Assembly (NCBI GenBank): GCA_963665665.1
Contig: OY762428.1
Coordinates: 2,208,001 to 2,272,000, forward strand
Source of the DNA: Candidatus Kapaibacterium sp.
GTDB lineage: Bacteria > Bacteroidota > Ignavibacteria > Kapaibacteriales > UBA2268
DNA length: 64,000 bases
Direction of reading: 5' to 3'
Shown in pieces: positions 17,816 through 28,096 of this stretch. A program made the translations under genes and the position numbers. The notes below the pieces were generated by a model. It made no database searches. It worked only from the letters and a program-made list of their open reading frames with translations, and was not told the DNA's origin. Each line of letters starts with the position of its first letter. The stretch's first letter is position 1.

Positions 17816-20800
17816 CTATTGAACGTTTTCAGTATTAGCAGCAGAATCTGCCGAAAGCTGGGCTTTCATCCTGTCAATTCTGCTCATCATAAATCTGCCA
17901 AGCTCACCGGCAAGCGGATTGTTGGATTTATTATGTTCCTGCAAGATCTTTTCAGCTTCAATTAAGGCAGCTTCCGTACCACCGCTTTCGATAGCTTTCT
18001 TAATTTTATACTCATCGATGTTGGCGAGTACGTCGAACATGGCATACTGGAATTTCTGCATTTCCTGACCGTAGGACGGATCAGAGGCGTAACGTGCAGC
18101 CATACTTTCAATAAGCATATAAAGACGGTTCAGAACATCAATCGCCTGGTCATATTCCTTAAACGTTTCATGCAGGTATGCAGCCCGGCGGTGTGGCCCA
18201 AAATACCTTCCCGAGGCTTCATAGTACTGAAGCTCCGGTTTAAGTTCAGGATCGTTGATTAATTGCATGCAGGAATTTATGCAATCGCGGCCAAATTTCT
18301 CGGCTTTATCTTTTGCACCAGCATCCATATAAAGCTGGGCAAGATTATATTCAACTTCGTATCCAAGCGGGAAAATCTTAGTTGAAATATTATTATTCAT
18401 CTGGTCCAGTATAGCAATACATTTATCTTTGTCCTGCATTGTCTGAAGTGCATAATTTGCATAGGAAATAAATAAAGTCCTATATGTTATCATAAGGCGC
18501 CTGTGAACCTCGTCATAATATACTGAGTTGTCATTCAGGCTCCTGAATTTAAATCCGTATTTTGGAGTTGTTGAATAATCATTGCTATTATCAACATTCA
18601 TCAGGCATGCTTCCATAATTTCAGGATCGATCGATTCGCCTTTGCCGCCTTTTTGCCTGACGGGGCAGACCCTCATTGCCATACCTTCGCTACGGAAGAA
18701 AGCATCAAGTCCGCCGAAAGCATCCGGACCAACAGTAACGGAGAAATAGATGGGACGCTCAAACCTTACCTGCTTGAGTATCTCCAATACAACTTTGTCC
18801 TGCACTCTGTATAAATAGAATTGCTGTCCGTCGCGCTCTCCGTAAGGTTTGCCATAGAATGTAAAATCAAAGCGCCCGTTATTAATATATTCCTGATCAT
18901 CAGTATATTGCGCCAGAATTTCCTTCTTAACAGGTATGGAAACATTCTGGGCAAGGCCGAAGTCATAGGATAGAGCTTTCGAATCAGATTCTTTTACCTG
19001 AAGACTGTCGTCGGAAAATGTCAGAGGAATTTTCTCCGCGCCCCATGGCTCGCGGTTTTTAAGCTGATCAACATACCACAGAGTATTACCAAGGCTGAGG
19101 TTCACTATCCTGACATCACGCCTTACCCCTGCCACATCCTGCAGGAACCATAACGGGAATGTATCATTATCACCATTGGTGAAGATAATAGCATTTTCCT
19201 CGGTACTCTGAAGGATATTATAAGAATAATCAAACGGCAGGTAGTTGCCTGCGCGGCTGTGGATCTTCCATCCGCCAACTGCCATATTCACCGGCACAAG
19301 AAGAGTTGCTCCGGCAAGTATTCCGGCAATAACCGGCACCGGAAGTTTTCTTTTCTCTCCTAATCCGCGTATCAGGCCGTAGGCTCCCATTCCAATCCAC
19401 AGGCACCACACAAAGAATGAACCGGCATAGAAATAGTCCCTTTCACGCGGCTGCGGCTCCTGCTGATTTTGATATATTGCCGTTAGAACGCCCATAAGCA
19501 GGAACATAATCAGGTATATAAATGCCATCTTGGGATCCCGGTAAAAATGGAATATCAATCCTATCAATCCGAGAATCAGAGGCAATGCATAGAACTGTAT
19601 GGGGAATTGATCTTTATAGCCGTTCAGATAATTAATTTTTTCGTTTTCAGCTTTTGAAACAACTAATGCTGCCCGGGCATCCTGCAAATCCGATGTCCTG
19701 CCCACAAAATTCCAGAAGAAATATCTCAGGTACATGTGATTAATCTGGTATTTCCAAAGGAAGGTCATTTCCCCCATGAAATCAGGATTATCAAATTTTG
19801 GCACTAATATTCCATTGCCATCTTTGCACCTTACCTCTTCTCTTCTCGGAGGTGTCCAGGGGCCGTAGATATATTCCCCTTTTTCATCTTTCTTAACATA
19901 GTGGCGCGTGTAATATTCATCATTGCTGTGATATCTTCTCGGCCAGTTAGGCGCTTCGCCATACTGCTCGCGGCCAAGATATGAAATCAGGGAGTTAAGG
20001 TCCTTGGGTTCGTTTTCGTTCATCGGCGGATTGGCATTTGAGCGCAGAAGAATCTGCATATAAGTTGCAAAGCCAAATAAAAGAAGTAAAAATGCCGATG
20101 TTATCAGGCTCAGGGTATGATTTTTACTTCTGTATCCCATATAAAGCCCGACTATTGCGGCAATAACTACTGCAATAACAAGCAATGTAACTACCGGGCT
20201 GTCTGCTACAAATTCCCGGCACTCATTCTTGAATGGCAGATGGCCGTTAAGCATTGTCGGAACCCAGCTCAGGATACCTATATATATAACGGCAAATATA
20301 AATATGGAAATTATTCCTGTCAGAACAAATGTTGTAGGTTTGAATTTATACTTACGGAAATAAACCAGGAATACTATCGAGAACAATGTTTGTACTGCCA
20401 ACAGGTGTACGCCGAGCGATAAGCCAATAAGGTAAGTTATCAACAGTAGATAACGTTCATGCCCCGGCTTGTCTGCTTCCTCGTTCCATTTCATCATCAG
20501 GAATACAACTAAAGCCACAAATAGGCTGGACATAGCATAAACCTCGGATTCCACGGCATTGAACCAGAATGTATCGGAGAATATCAACGCCAGTGCACCT
20601 ACAAATGACGAGCCATAAACTGCAAGGGCATCTCCGGTATCTTTAATATCTGATTTTTTGAAATTCAGTATTGTTTTTACTGTTATCAGGTAAAGCAGCC
20701 AGACAGTTAAAGAACTGGCTATAACGGAAAGCATATTGATTCGCCAGCCGTCATCCCCGAATGGTATAATAATATGGAATAGTTTCCCAAGCATAAGGAA

Positions 20801-20965
20801 AAGTGGGGCTCCCGGAGGGTGCGGCACCTGCTGCCATACTGATGCTGCTGAAAATTCCCCGCAATCCCAGAATGGAACTGTCGGCTGCACTGTTAGCATA
20901 TAAACAATCAGGGCGGTAACAAAACTTAAAATTCCAAATACCCTGTTCAATAGTTTCTGATCCAT
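17816..20965 (-). CDS. DUF2723 / TMEM260-like GT-C membrane glycosyltransferase with C-terminal TPR-like region
   Basis: FWDCGEF, HPPGAPLF, FWFNAVESEVY, QPRERDYFY, FTNGDNDTFPLW; many TM helices. Confidence 0.92.
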   Translation of the reverse strand: MDQKLLNRVFGILSFVTALIVYMLTVQPTVPFWDCGEFSAASVWQQVPHPPGAPLFLMLGKLFHIIIPFGDDGWRINMLSVIASSLTVWLLYLITVKTILNFKKSDIKDTGDALAVYGSSFVGALALIFSDTFWFNAVESEVYAMSSLFVALVVFLMMKWNEEADKPGHERYLLLITYLIGLSLGVHLLAVQTLFSIVFLVYFRKYKFKPTTFVLTGIISIFIFAVIYIGILSWVPTMLNGHLPFKNECREFVADSPVVTLLVIAVVIAAIVGLYMGYRSKNHTLSLITSAFLLLLFGFATYMQILLRSNANPPMNENEPKDLNSLISYLGREQYGEAPNWPRRYHSNDEYYTRHYVKKDEKGEYIYGPWTPPRREEVRCKDGNGILVPKFDNPDFMGEMTFLWKYQINHMYLRYFFWNFVGRTSDLQDARAALVVSKAENEKINYLNGYKDQFPIQFYALPLILGLIGLIFHFYRDPKMAFIYLIMFLLMGVLTAIYQNQQEPQPRERDYFYAGSFFVWCLWIGMGAYGLIRGLGEKRKLPVPVIAGILAGATLLVPVNMAVGGWKIHSRAGNYLPFDYSYNILQSTEENAIIFTNGDNDTFPLWFLQDVAGVRRDVRIVNLSLGNTLWYVDQLKNREPWGAEKIPLTFSDDSLQVKESDSKALSYDFGLAQNVSIPVKKEILAQYTDDQEYINNGRFDFTFYGKPYGERDGQQFYLYRVQDKVVLEILKQVRFERPIYFSVTVGPDAFGGLDAFFRSEGMAMRVCPVRQKGGKGESIDPEIMEACLMNVDNSNDYSTTPKYGFKFRSLNDNSVYYDEVHRRLMITYRTLFISYANYALQTMQDKDKCIAILDQMNNNISTKIFPLGYEVEYNLAQLYMDAGAKDKAEKFGRDCINSCMQLINDPELKPELQYYEASGRYFGPHRRAAYLHETFKEYDQAIDVLNRLYMLIESMAARYASDPSYGQEMQKFQYAMFDVLANIDEYKIKKAIESGGTEAALIEAEKILQEHNKSNNPLAGELGRFMMSRIDRMKAQLSADSAANTENVQ

Positions 20966-21175
20966 TATAAATCAACCTAAATCATTTAACAAGTTTATTT
21001 TCAATATCATTTTCAAGCGTATACACATTTAGCTTGAACTTACAAAAATAGATAAAATTTTTTATTAATCAATTATCAATCACTAATTTTTGGGCACCAT
21101 ACCTGTAATAAACGTTTGCACGGGAAAATATTATAAACTAAATTGAATATTATTGAAAAAATTATTGGGAAGAAT

Positions 21176-22795
21176 ATGAAAAATTTAATATCAATAATCA
21201 CGATTACATTTATATTTTCAGCATCAGTATTTGCATTTACTGGTGAAATAGAAAAATCATTCGATGCCCCGGGGAAATTCGGTACCGGCCTGACATGGGA
21301 CGGGAAACATCTATGGACGGCAGATTACCGCACAGATAAAATCTATGCTCTTGATACAAACGGAAAAATTATCAAAACAATAGAAAGCCCCGGCTACTGG
21401 CCTACCGGCCTTGCTTTTGACGGTAAATACCTCTGGAACGCTGATGTTAAGGGGGGTATTCCACTATCGGAAAATTATAGTGGCAAGATATATAAAATTG
21501 ATCCCGAAAGCGGAGATATATTAAAAATATTATCTTCGCCTACTCCACAGCCACGAGACCTGGCTTGGGACGGGAAATATCTATGGACTGTTGATAACAG
21601 CGCCCGGAAACTGATTCAGTTCAGCCCCGAGGACGGCACAACTATCCGGGAGTTGACTGCCCCCAGCTCAGATTGTCGCGGATTGGCCTGGGACGGTACT
21701 TATCTTTGGGTATCGGACAGGAAGGCAAATGAAATATACATGGTTGATCTTGAATTGGAAGAAGTTATCATTGTTACTGATGCCCCGGGGGAATTTACCC
21801 GCGGGTTAGCATGGGACGGTAAAAATATCTGGGCAGCTGACTACCAGGAAGATAAAATTTATAAATTAAAAGTAAGGGATGGTGAAAATTTCAGGAGGAA
21901 AAACCCGAGGGAAGTAATTTTGAATTTCTATCACAGAACCAGGAACTACGGCCCCGGTGACGTTCTGACTCTTGATGTTCACCTACCTGTTCCTGTAAGC
22001 AGGGCTACACAGGAAATAAACGGAGATATAAAATACAGCCCGGAATACGATGATATTGTTGAGGATAACTGGGGACAGAAAACCGCTCATTACAAAAGGG
22101 AGAATATTTCCACCGGCGAAATATTCGAGACAGAATCAAGAATAAAAGCTACATTATATGAAGTAACATGGTTTGTATTTCCGGATGAGGTTGGAACATA
22201 TAAAGATATTCCTCCGGATATCAAAAGAACATACCTTGTGGACCATGAAAAATACCAGATACATAATCCGATAATTATGAAACATGTAAACGAAGCTGTA
22301 GGAACAGAGAAAAATATTTATCGGGCAGCGCGTAAAATTTATCGCTATATCCAGGAAAGAATGTATTACGAAATGGTTGGCGGATGGAATACTGCACCAA
22401 CAGTAATTGAGCGCGGAAATGGATCCTGCTCTGAATATTCATTTGTTTACATAGCTATGTGCCGTGCTGCAGGCATCCCGGCACGATATGTCGGCGCTGT
22501 TACTCACAGGAATGACGATGCCAGCATGGACGATGTGTTTCACCGCTGGGTAGAAATATACCTGCCAAACTTTGGATGGCTGCCAGTTGATCCGAGCGGT
22601 GGCGATAGTGACAATCCCCGCCACAGGGCATTGTATTTCGGACACCTGAACAATCGTTACCTGATAACAACCCAGGGCGGCGGTGGTTCTAAAACTATGG
22701 AATGGACATACAATTCAAACCATTTTATAACTACAGAACCAAAAACCAATGTGGTTGTTGACAGTTTCGCCGAATGGGAGCCTGCCGGAAAGTAG
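21176..22795 (+). CDS. Exported beta-propeller (GLAWDGxxLW repeats) fused to transglutaminase-like domain
   Basis: Signal peptide; five GL(A/T)(W/F)DG-type repeats; catalytic triad GSCSEY / FHRW / VDPS. Confidence 0.88.
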   Translation: MKNLISIITITFIFSASVFAFTGEIEKSFDAPGKFGTGLTWDGKHLWTADYRTDKIYALDTNGKIIKTIESPGYWPTGLAFDGKYLWNADVKGGIPLSENYSGKIYKIDPESGDILKILSSPTPQPRDLAWDGKYLWTVDNSARKLIQFSPEDGTTIRELTAPSSDCRGLAWDGTYLWVSDRKANEIYMVDLELEEVIIVTDAPGEFTRGLAWDGKNIWAADYQEDKIYKLKVRDGENFRRKNPREVILNFYHRTRNYGPGDVLTLDVHLPVPVSRATQEINGDIKYSPEYDDIVEDNWGQKTAHYKRENISTGEIFETESRIKATLYEVTWFVFPDEVGTYKDIPPDIKRTYLVDHEKYQIHNPIIMKHVNEAVGTEKNIYRAARKIYRYIQERMYYEMVGGWNTAPTVIERGNGSCSEYSFVYIAMCRAAGIPARYVGAVTHRNDDASMDDVFHRWVEIYLPNFGWLPVDPSGGDSDNPRHRALYFGHLNNRYLITTQGGGGSKTMEWTYNSNHFITTEPKTNVVVDSFAEWEPAGK

Positions 22796-22825
22796 ATAGA
22801 GTTAAAAAATATACTTTTTTGACAA

Positions 22826-22862
22826 AAAGGGATTAGCATAATTTTTATTTGCTAATCCCTTT
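22826..22862. terminator. Intrinsic terminator (probably bidirectional)
   Basis: aaagggattagca...tgctaatcccttt between convergent genes. Confidence 0.75.
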
Positions 22863-23005
22863 AATTTTCAAGACTTCAGAAATCATTACTCCGAATCTAA
22901 ATTTCAAAGGTCTGAAAGGCTCGTATTGAAAAAAAAATTCAACGGCATAAAAAATAAACTGATTTTTTACAAGCCACCAGAATCAGTCCCGGTATTCGAA
23001 ATCCG

Positions 23006-24286
23006 TCACATCCCGAGCAGATTCTGCACGTATAGTTCTTCAATACCTATCTCGTTTTTCAGGAAGGCCTGTATTTCCGCTTTCTCGTGCAGTCGGATTA
23101 TTGTTGAAAATCCTTCGGCGTCCCTTGTAACGAACAGGATATTTTCCAGTCCTGCGAATTTTACTATCTCGGGGTTGTGCGTACTGGTTATTATCTGCTT
23201 GCGCGTGCATGCGTCCTTCATCATATCTATAATTTTTGATATAAGGTGCGGGTGTATCCTTCTTTCCGGCTCTTCGAATATTGCGAAGGGTTTTTTCTCG
23301 AAATAAAGCGCGACTATAAGGGCTATAATAAATATGGTGCCCTCGGACATCAGCGACGCAGGGAGGTCCTTTTGGGACTGGTATTTTTCCTTAATCACCA
23401 GCTGCAGATAGCGGTCCATGTGTTTTTCCACCCTGATCGAATCGATAAAGGGCAGCACGTCGGATACGAAATTGAAGAACATCCTTTTGCGCTCCTCGTC
23501 TTCGAGTATTCGCCGGATTACTATTGCCAGGTTTTCGCCGTTCTTTTCCAGGTCGGCTTTTGCCGCTACCGAAGCCATGTACTTGGGATACTTGGGTTCG
23601 AAATCGTATATGGTTATATCGTGAATGTATCGCGCCACTTTTTCGAAGGGGAACATGTAGAATATCGGCGATTCCAGAATCAGCACACGTGACTGCTTTT
23701 CCTGCAGGAATTTCAGCATATCTTTTATCAGCGGGAACAGCGAGTTGTGCGAAACCGGGAATTCCCCGTCCGGGCGGAAATCAATCGAAGGTTTGCCACT
23801 GTCATTTTTTATCTCTAAGCTACCGGTGCAAATATAATTTTCCTCATTCGGCAGGGTTTCGATATTATCGGAGCGGTGAAAATCGAAAACAGCCTCCATC
23901 CTGTCTTTTTTAATAGCGTATTCCTTGTCCTTTGCCGGAAAATTCAGCGAGAAGGAGTAGTTAAACTTTTTCAGCCGCAGGTTTATAGGCCCGGCTTCGG
24001 TGTCGCGGCTGACTCCATAGGCCTTCAGTGGCTCTATTTCAATACACAGGCTGAGGTCGTCGTTTTTCTTCCTCAGGTTTATATTCCGCACGTAGTCCGA
24101 GCCGCCCTGCATCGATATAGCGTTTTCCAGCCCGTGGTAAACAATATCCCTTACAAACCTGAAAACGGACAGCAGGTTGGATTTCCCGGCGCCGTTAGGC
24201 CCAATCAGCACATTGAAATTGTTCAGGCCTATACTGATATCTCTGAAACTCTTGAAGTTCTTAATTTTTAATTTTTTCAGCAGCAT
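23006..24286 (-). CDS. AAA_21/AAA_15 ABC-type ATPase (OLD/AbiEii-associated class)
   Basis: IKNFKSF, Walker A GPNGAGKSN, signature MSEGT, Walker B FEEPE, H-loop STHNP. Confidence 0.9.
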   Translation of the reverse strand: MLLKKLKIKNFKSFRDISIGLNNFNVLIGPNGAGKSNLLSVFRFVRDIVYHGLENAISMQGGSDYVRNINLRKKNDDLSLCIEIEPLKAYGVSRDTEAGPINLRLKKFNYSFSLNFPAKDKEYAIKKDRMEAVFDFHRSDNIETLPNEENYICTGSLEIKNDSGKPSIDFRPDGEFPVSHNSLFPLIKDMLKFLQEKQSRVLILESPIFYMFPFEKVARYIHDITIYDFEPKYPKYMASVAAKADLEKNGENLAIVIRRILEDEERKRMFFNFVSDVLPFIDSIRVEKHMDRYLQLVIKEKYQSQKDLPASLMSEGTIFIIALIVALYFEKKPFAIFEEPERRIHPHLISKIIDMMKDACTRKQIITSTHNPEIVKFAGLENILFVTRDAEGFSTIIRLHEKAEIQAFLKNEIGIEELYVQNLLGM

Positions 24287-24447
24287 TATTCAATTCCTTA
24301 ATTTCTTTGTTGCAATTTAAGAATTAATCTCCTGAATTTGCAACCTGGGAGATAAAACTTATGAAAAAATTCTTTTCTTTCAATATTCTGAGATTAGGAA
24401 TCCATTTAATTTTTGAAGCCTCTGTTTTGATTATTCCAATTCAATAC

Positions 24448-24700
24448 CTCTGACCCCTCCCAAACACACGCGGTGTGGAACCCTCGCAAGGGGACGTGCC
24501 TCCCCGAAGGGGAGGGCTTTGCAGTAAGCCCCTGCACTCTTTCCCAAGCCCCCGCTTGGGAAGGTAAGTTACCGGCGAATTTACTATTAAGCACTCTTAG
24601 TGTAGCATTGCGAAGCGGGGCTTCGCTACGAGACTGAATATAAAAGCACCGTCGTGACGATAATTGTATCTACAAAAATTTCGCTCCTACGGAGCTTTTT
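24448..24700. repeat. Cluster of REP-like hairpin elements, including a copy of the element found in the left 21-nt array with a 33-bp nested insert
   Basis: ctctgacccctcccaaac[33 bp]cctccccgaaggggagggctttg; ttcccaagc-ccc-cgcttgggaa; gcgaagc-ggg-gcttcgc; gctcctacggagc. Confidence 0.7.
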
Positions 24701-24764
24701 CTATATCATTTCATCATAGCTATGAGAAGTTTTTAAAAACAATTTTCAATCCCAATACAAGCAA

Positions 24765-27005
24765 CTACCTTCCCACAACCACGGGCACAGTCCTTGTTGT
24801 GCCGCCAAGCCGTATATTAATAAAATACACTCCTGATGAGACCGAAGAACAATCCCAGCTTATTTCGCCGCGATATACATTCATTTTGTTAATGCTTATA
24901 TCGCCGGGCTTGCTAACCAGCTTACCTGTGTAGTCGTGCACGGTTATTGCAGCGTTTTGAATGTCGTACCTACTGTCCCAGTATATTTCCGTACTAACGT
25001 GGTTGTTTGCAGGCTGTGGATAAGGCGGATAGTTGTACATTTTTATACCTTCTGCCCGTGGTTCTTCTACTGGGGTATCTTTATGGAATGTAAATTTGAG
25101 CAGATTTTGACCTGAGCAATATGCATAGATCAAATCATTAAATTGATTCTCAAAATTCCATACAAAATAGCCTGGTACAGAGGCAAACTCCCATTCATAA
25201 GGATTATCATCAATATTGTTGCAATAAACCAGTCCGTTAATTGCCCCAGCTATCAGCTTATTATCAAATTTAAAAATACCGTCATAATTTTCATTAAATT
25301 TTATTCGAATTAGTTGTTTAGTTTTTTCTGAAATATTAACTTTATACAAAATATGCCTGCAATTCGAATCTTTATCATCAACCCAAACAAAACCTCTCAT
25401 ATAAATAATATCATCAATAATTGACATATTATGCAATAATGTATCCATCATATCTAATGTCATTAATGTATCCCAATTCCCTCCTGGTTCATCTGAATAT
25501 AAGAGCTGGTATGGATTATGGTCACTTGCTCTTCCGGGTATCGGACGTCGGTCTTTGGCAAGGGCTAAGTAGCCGGAGCCATATTCTTCTATTTTATAGA
25601 TGTTTACAGAATCAATTATTTCTTTGCTAATAAAGTTCATATCAAGATCGAGAGTAAAAAGAAGTGTATAATACCAGGATTGATACCTGCCTGGAAAATA
25701 GATCTTGTATTCATCATTATCCCTTATAATGGGAGCATATTTATCAAATATATAATGTCCTATACCTTCAATGTATTTTGTTTGAAAAGTTTCCCCGCCG
25801 TCATTTGTATAAATAACATTCGGTAATCCGGCCGGTGTGCCGCTTCCAACAATAATTCCACGTCCGTCTTCATTGAAATAAAATGTAGAACTTGTAGGCC
25901 AGTTGGATAATTTTTCATCCATTTTTATTTCTGTTTTCCATGTTATACCCCCATTGGTTGTTTTATATACTACTCCATCATCCGACTTTTGGAAACCAGT
26001 TTCTTTACTAATCCACTGCCTGTTAAAACCTGGTTTAAAATATGATATAAAATCCCAATTAATACCACCGTCAGAAGATTTCAAAATTAAATTATCATAT
26101 CCGTATGCATAAATTTCCTTATCATTTATAAAATCAAATCCGATTGGAATTAAAATTTCACAATAACGTTTCAGGTCGGGATTGCTTATCTGTTCATAAT
26201 CAGGAGCATTGTTTTTATAGAAATATAACTGATCATTTATTTCTCCAAAACCGCTCTGCTTCAATTGTAATGAATATATTTCATCTTCATTTACATTATA
26301 TGAATTGCCAATAATATCCACTTTTGTAAAGGAAATTAAATCGGAACTTTTATAAAGATCGCCAGCAATCTTTAAATAGAAATAGTTCTCTGATTTTTCG
26401 AAGCTTTGTACTTTCCCTGTGGAATCACAATACGATTTTTCCGAAAAATCAATAATTTCAGGCCCGTTATCTATACTATTTTTGTATTTGAAGAGTAATC
26501 CGTTTTTAGTACCTGCCAATAAATTATCCCCGAATGTTTCAATTTCACTTATTACAATTCCGCTGTCATAATCTTTAGTATTTAACAAGTTAAAATCATT
26601 ATCATAGACAAATATTGAATTTTCACTAACAACAATATATTCATCATTGAATTTTACTATATCAACAAATTCTTCATCGGGGGGATTATCCAATTGCTTC
26701 TTGTAAATAATATTACCTTCATCGTCAAGTCGGAATAATCCGCTTTCATACACCCCGTAAAATCCCCCTGTTTCACTTCTCATCTCTTTGATACTAAATT
26801 CGTTTTCGGTAATTGTGATTGATTTCCATTCGGAATTATCATGATTGGATCTGTTTATATAATTATTTGTTCCGTAAAAGAATACATATTTATCATTTGA
26901 TACAATTCCCCGGTACTGATGAAATACAAGGTCTATATAATCGAATTTCAGCCCGGCATTGGCAGTATAAATAATTAATAAAAGTAACGGTAATATCTTT
27001 TTCAT
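24765..27005 (-). CDS. Secreted beta-propeller/BNR protein with T9SS C-terminal sorting domain
   Basis: Signal peptide; SSDGGINW, TTNGGITW, TNDGGETF; C-terminal YPQPA...DYTGKLV...SGVYFI. Confidence 0.88.
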   Translation of the reverse strand: MKKILPLLLLIIYTANAGLKFDYIDLVFHQYRGIVSNDKYVFFYGTNNYINRSNHDNSEWKSITITENEFSIKEMRSETGGFYGVYESGLFRLDDEGNIIYKKQLDNPPDEEFVDIVKFNDEYIVVSENSIFVYDNDFNLLNTKDYDSGIVISEIETFGDNLLAGTKNGLLFKYKNSIDNGPEIIDFSEKSYCDSTGKVQSFEKSENYFYLKIAGDLYKSSDLISFTKVDIIGNSYNVNEDEIYSLQLKQSGFGEINDQLYFYKNNAPDYEQISNPDLKRYCEILIPIGFDFINDKEIYAYGYDNLILKSSDGGINWDFISYFKPGFNRQWISKETGFQKSDDGVVYKTTNGGITWKTEIKMDEKLSNWPTSSTFYFNEDGRGIIVGSGTPAGLPNVIYTNDGGETFQTKYIEGIGHYIFDKYAPIIRDNDEYKIYFPGRYQSWYYTLLFTLDLDMNFISKEIIDSVNIYKIEEYGSGYLALAKDRRPIPGRASDHNPYQLLYSDEPGGNWDTLMTLDMMDTLLHNMSIIDDIIYMRGFVWVDDKDSNCRHILYKVNISEKTKQLIRIKFNENYDGIFKFDNKLIAGAINGLVYCNNIDDNPYEWEFASVPGYFVWNFENQFNDLIYAYCSGQNLLKFTFHKDTPVEEPRAEGIKMYNYPPYPQPANNHVSTEIYWDSRYDIQNAAITVHDYTGKLVSKPGDISINKMNVYRGEISWDCSSVSSGVYFINIRLGGTTRTVPVVVGR

Positions 27006-27035
27006 TACGTAACCTTTTTAATAAATTAGCAAAAT

Positions 27036-27068
27036 ACTCATCCGATCACTTAAAGTGATCGGATGAGT
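27036..27068. repeat. Perfect 16-bp-arm palindrome (same family as 1016-1048)
   Basis: actcatccgatcactt-a-aagtgatcggatgagt. Confidence 0.8.
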
Positions 27069-27077
27069 TTAAATAAT

Positions 27078-27692
27078 CTAATCTAAATCGCAATCAACAA
27101 CAAAACATTCCGTCATCCAGTCCTCATCCGGGTCAAATTCTTCCCAATCAGAGAAATCAGGCATTTCAGCCGAGCACATTTCGTTATCAACAGATTGTGT
27201 ACCAACCAACTCCTTTATAACCTGCGGTGGTATAGCTGTATAGTCAGTACATATCTTATACATCACCTTGCACTCCCCTTCGTACCCGCAATTTATTATA
27301 TTGCAAATCTCATTAACATGGTCGTTTATAACCTTCCAGCATTTTGCCCTGCTGTACATCACATTGTATGTCATTACCAGGCAGGGTGGAAATGAATTAT
27401 CCATCATTAATTTATTTATTATTGCTTCGTTCAAATTATTCCAAAAAGCACTAGTACCAATCATTTCAATACAATAATTATCATAGGCTATCCAGTCGAT
27501 TCTTGTATATACAACCCCATTGGGATCAGTCATATAGCAATAATATATAGTATAATCGCATCCGTTATATGTATTTGAAACCGTATCAGCTGACCAGCCG
27601 TCGGGGCAATCTGCCTCTGCTTCCTGAATAAGACTGAGAAACAAAACAAATAGAACAGCGAATAAAACGATTAGATTTTTGCCTGTTTTCAT
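27078..27692 (-). CDS. Secreted cysteine-rich protein (13 Cys)
   Basis: AGGAG RBS; signal peptide ending AEA; 13 Cys in about 177 mature residues. Confidence 0.82.
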   Translation of the reverse strand: MKTGKNLIVLFAVLFVLFLSLIQEAEADCPDGWSADTVSNTYNGCDYTIYYCYMTDPNGVVYTRIDWIAYDNYCIEMIGTSAFWNNLNEAIINKLMMDNSFPPCLVMTYNVMYSRAKCWKVINDHVNEICNIINCGYEGECKVMYKICTDYTAIPPQVIKELVGTQSVDNEMCSAEMPDFSDWEEFDPDEDWMTECFVVDCDLD

Positions 27693-28096
27693 GGCAAACT
27701 CCTGCAAATTATTAATAAATTGTATTTATTAATAAACAATGATACGGCATTATTCCGTGCCTATTATTCTTCTTTCATATTATGTTTTTTATTACCGATC
27801 TTACGAATCAAAATTTTCCTCTCACCCCATTTTGTCAAAATATATGGCTTTCAGGGGAAGTATCAACTCATTAATTATTTGCTGCACAAAGTAAAAAAAA
27901 AAAAATGACTTTTGCAAGTAAATATACAAAGAGTAAATGTTTGTAAAACACTGATCTTGCTGATTTTTGAATTTTACACAGGGTAGTATTGTTTATAAAA
28001 TTGAAACGGAATCTGATTAAAATTTTTTTCCATCTGAATTTAATATTATTTTGCACAATGAATGATAAATAACAGAATACAATCAGGGAGATTAGA

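Noticed and set aside
22926-24271. Plus-strand ORFs overlapping the AAA ATPase
   Set aside because: Antisense shadow ORFs of a GC-richer gene; no motifs.
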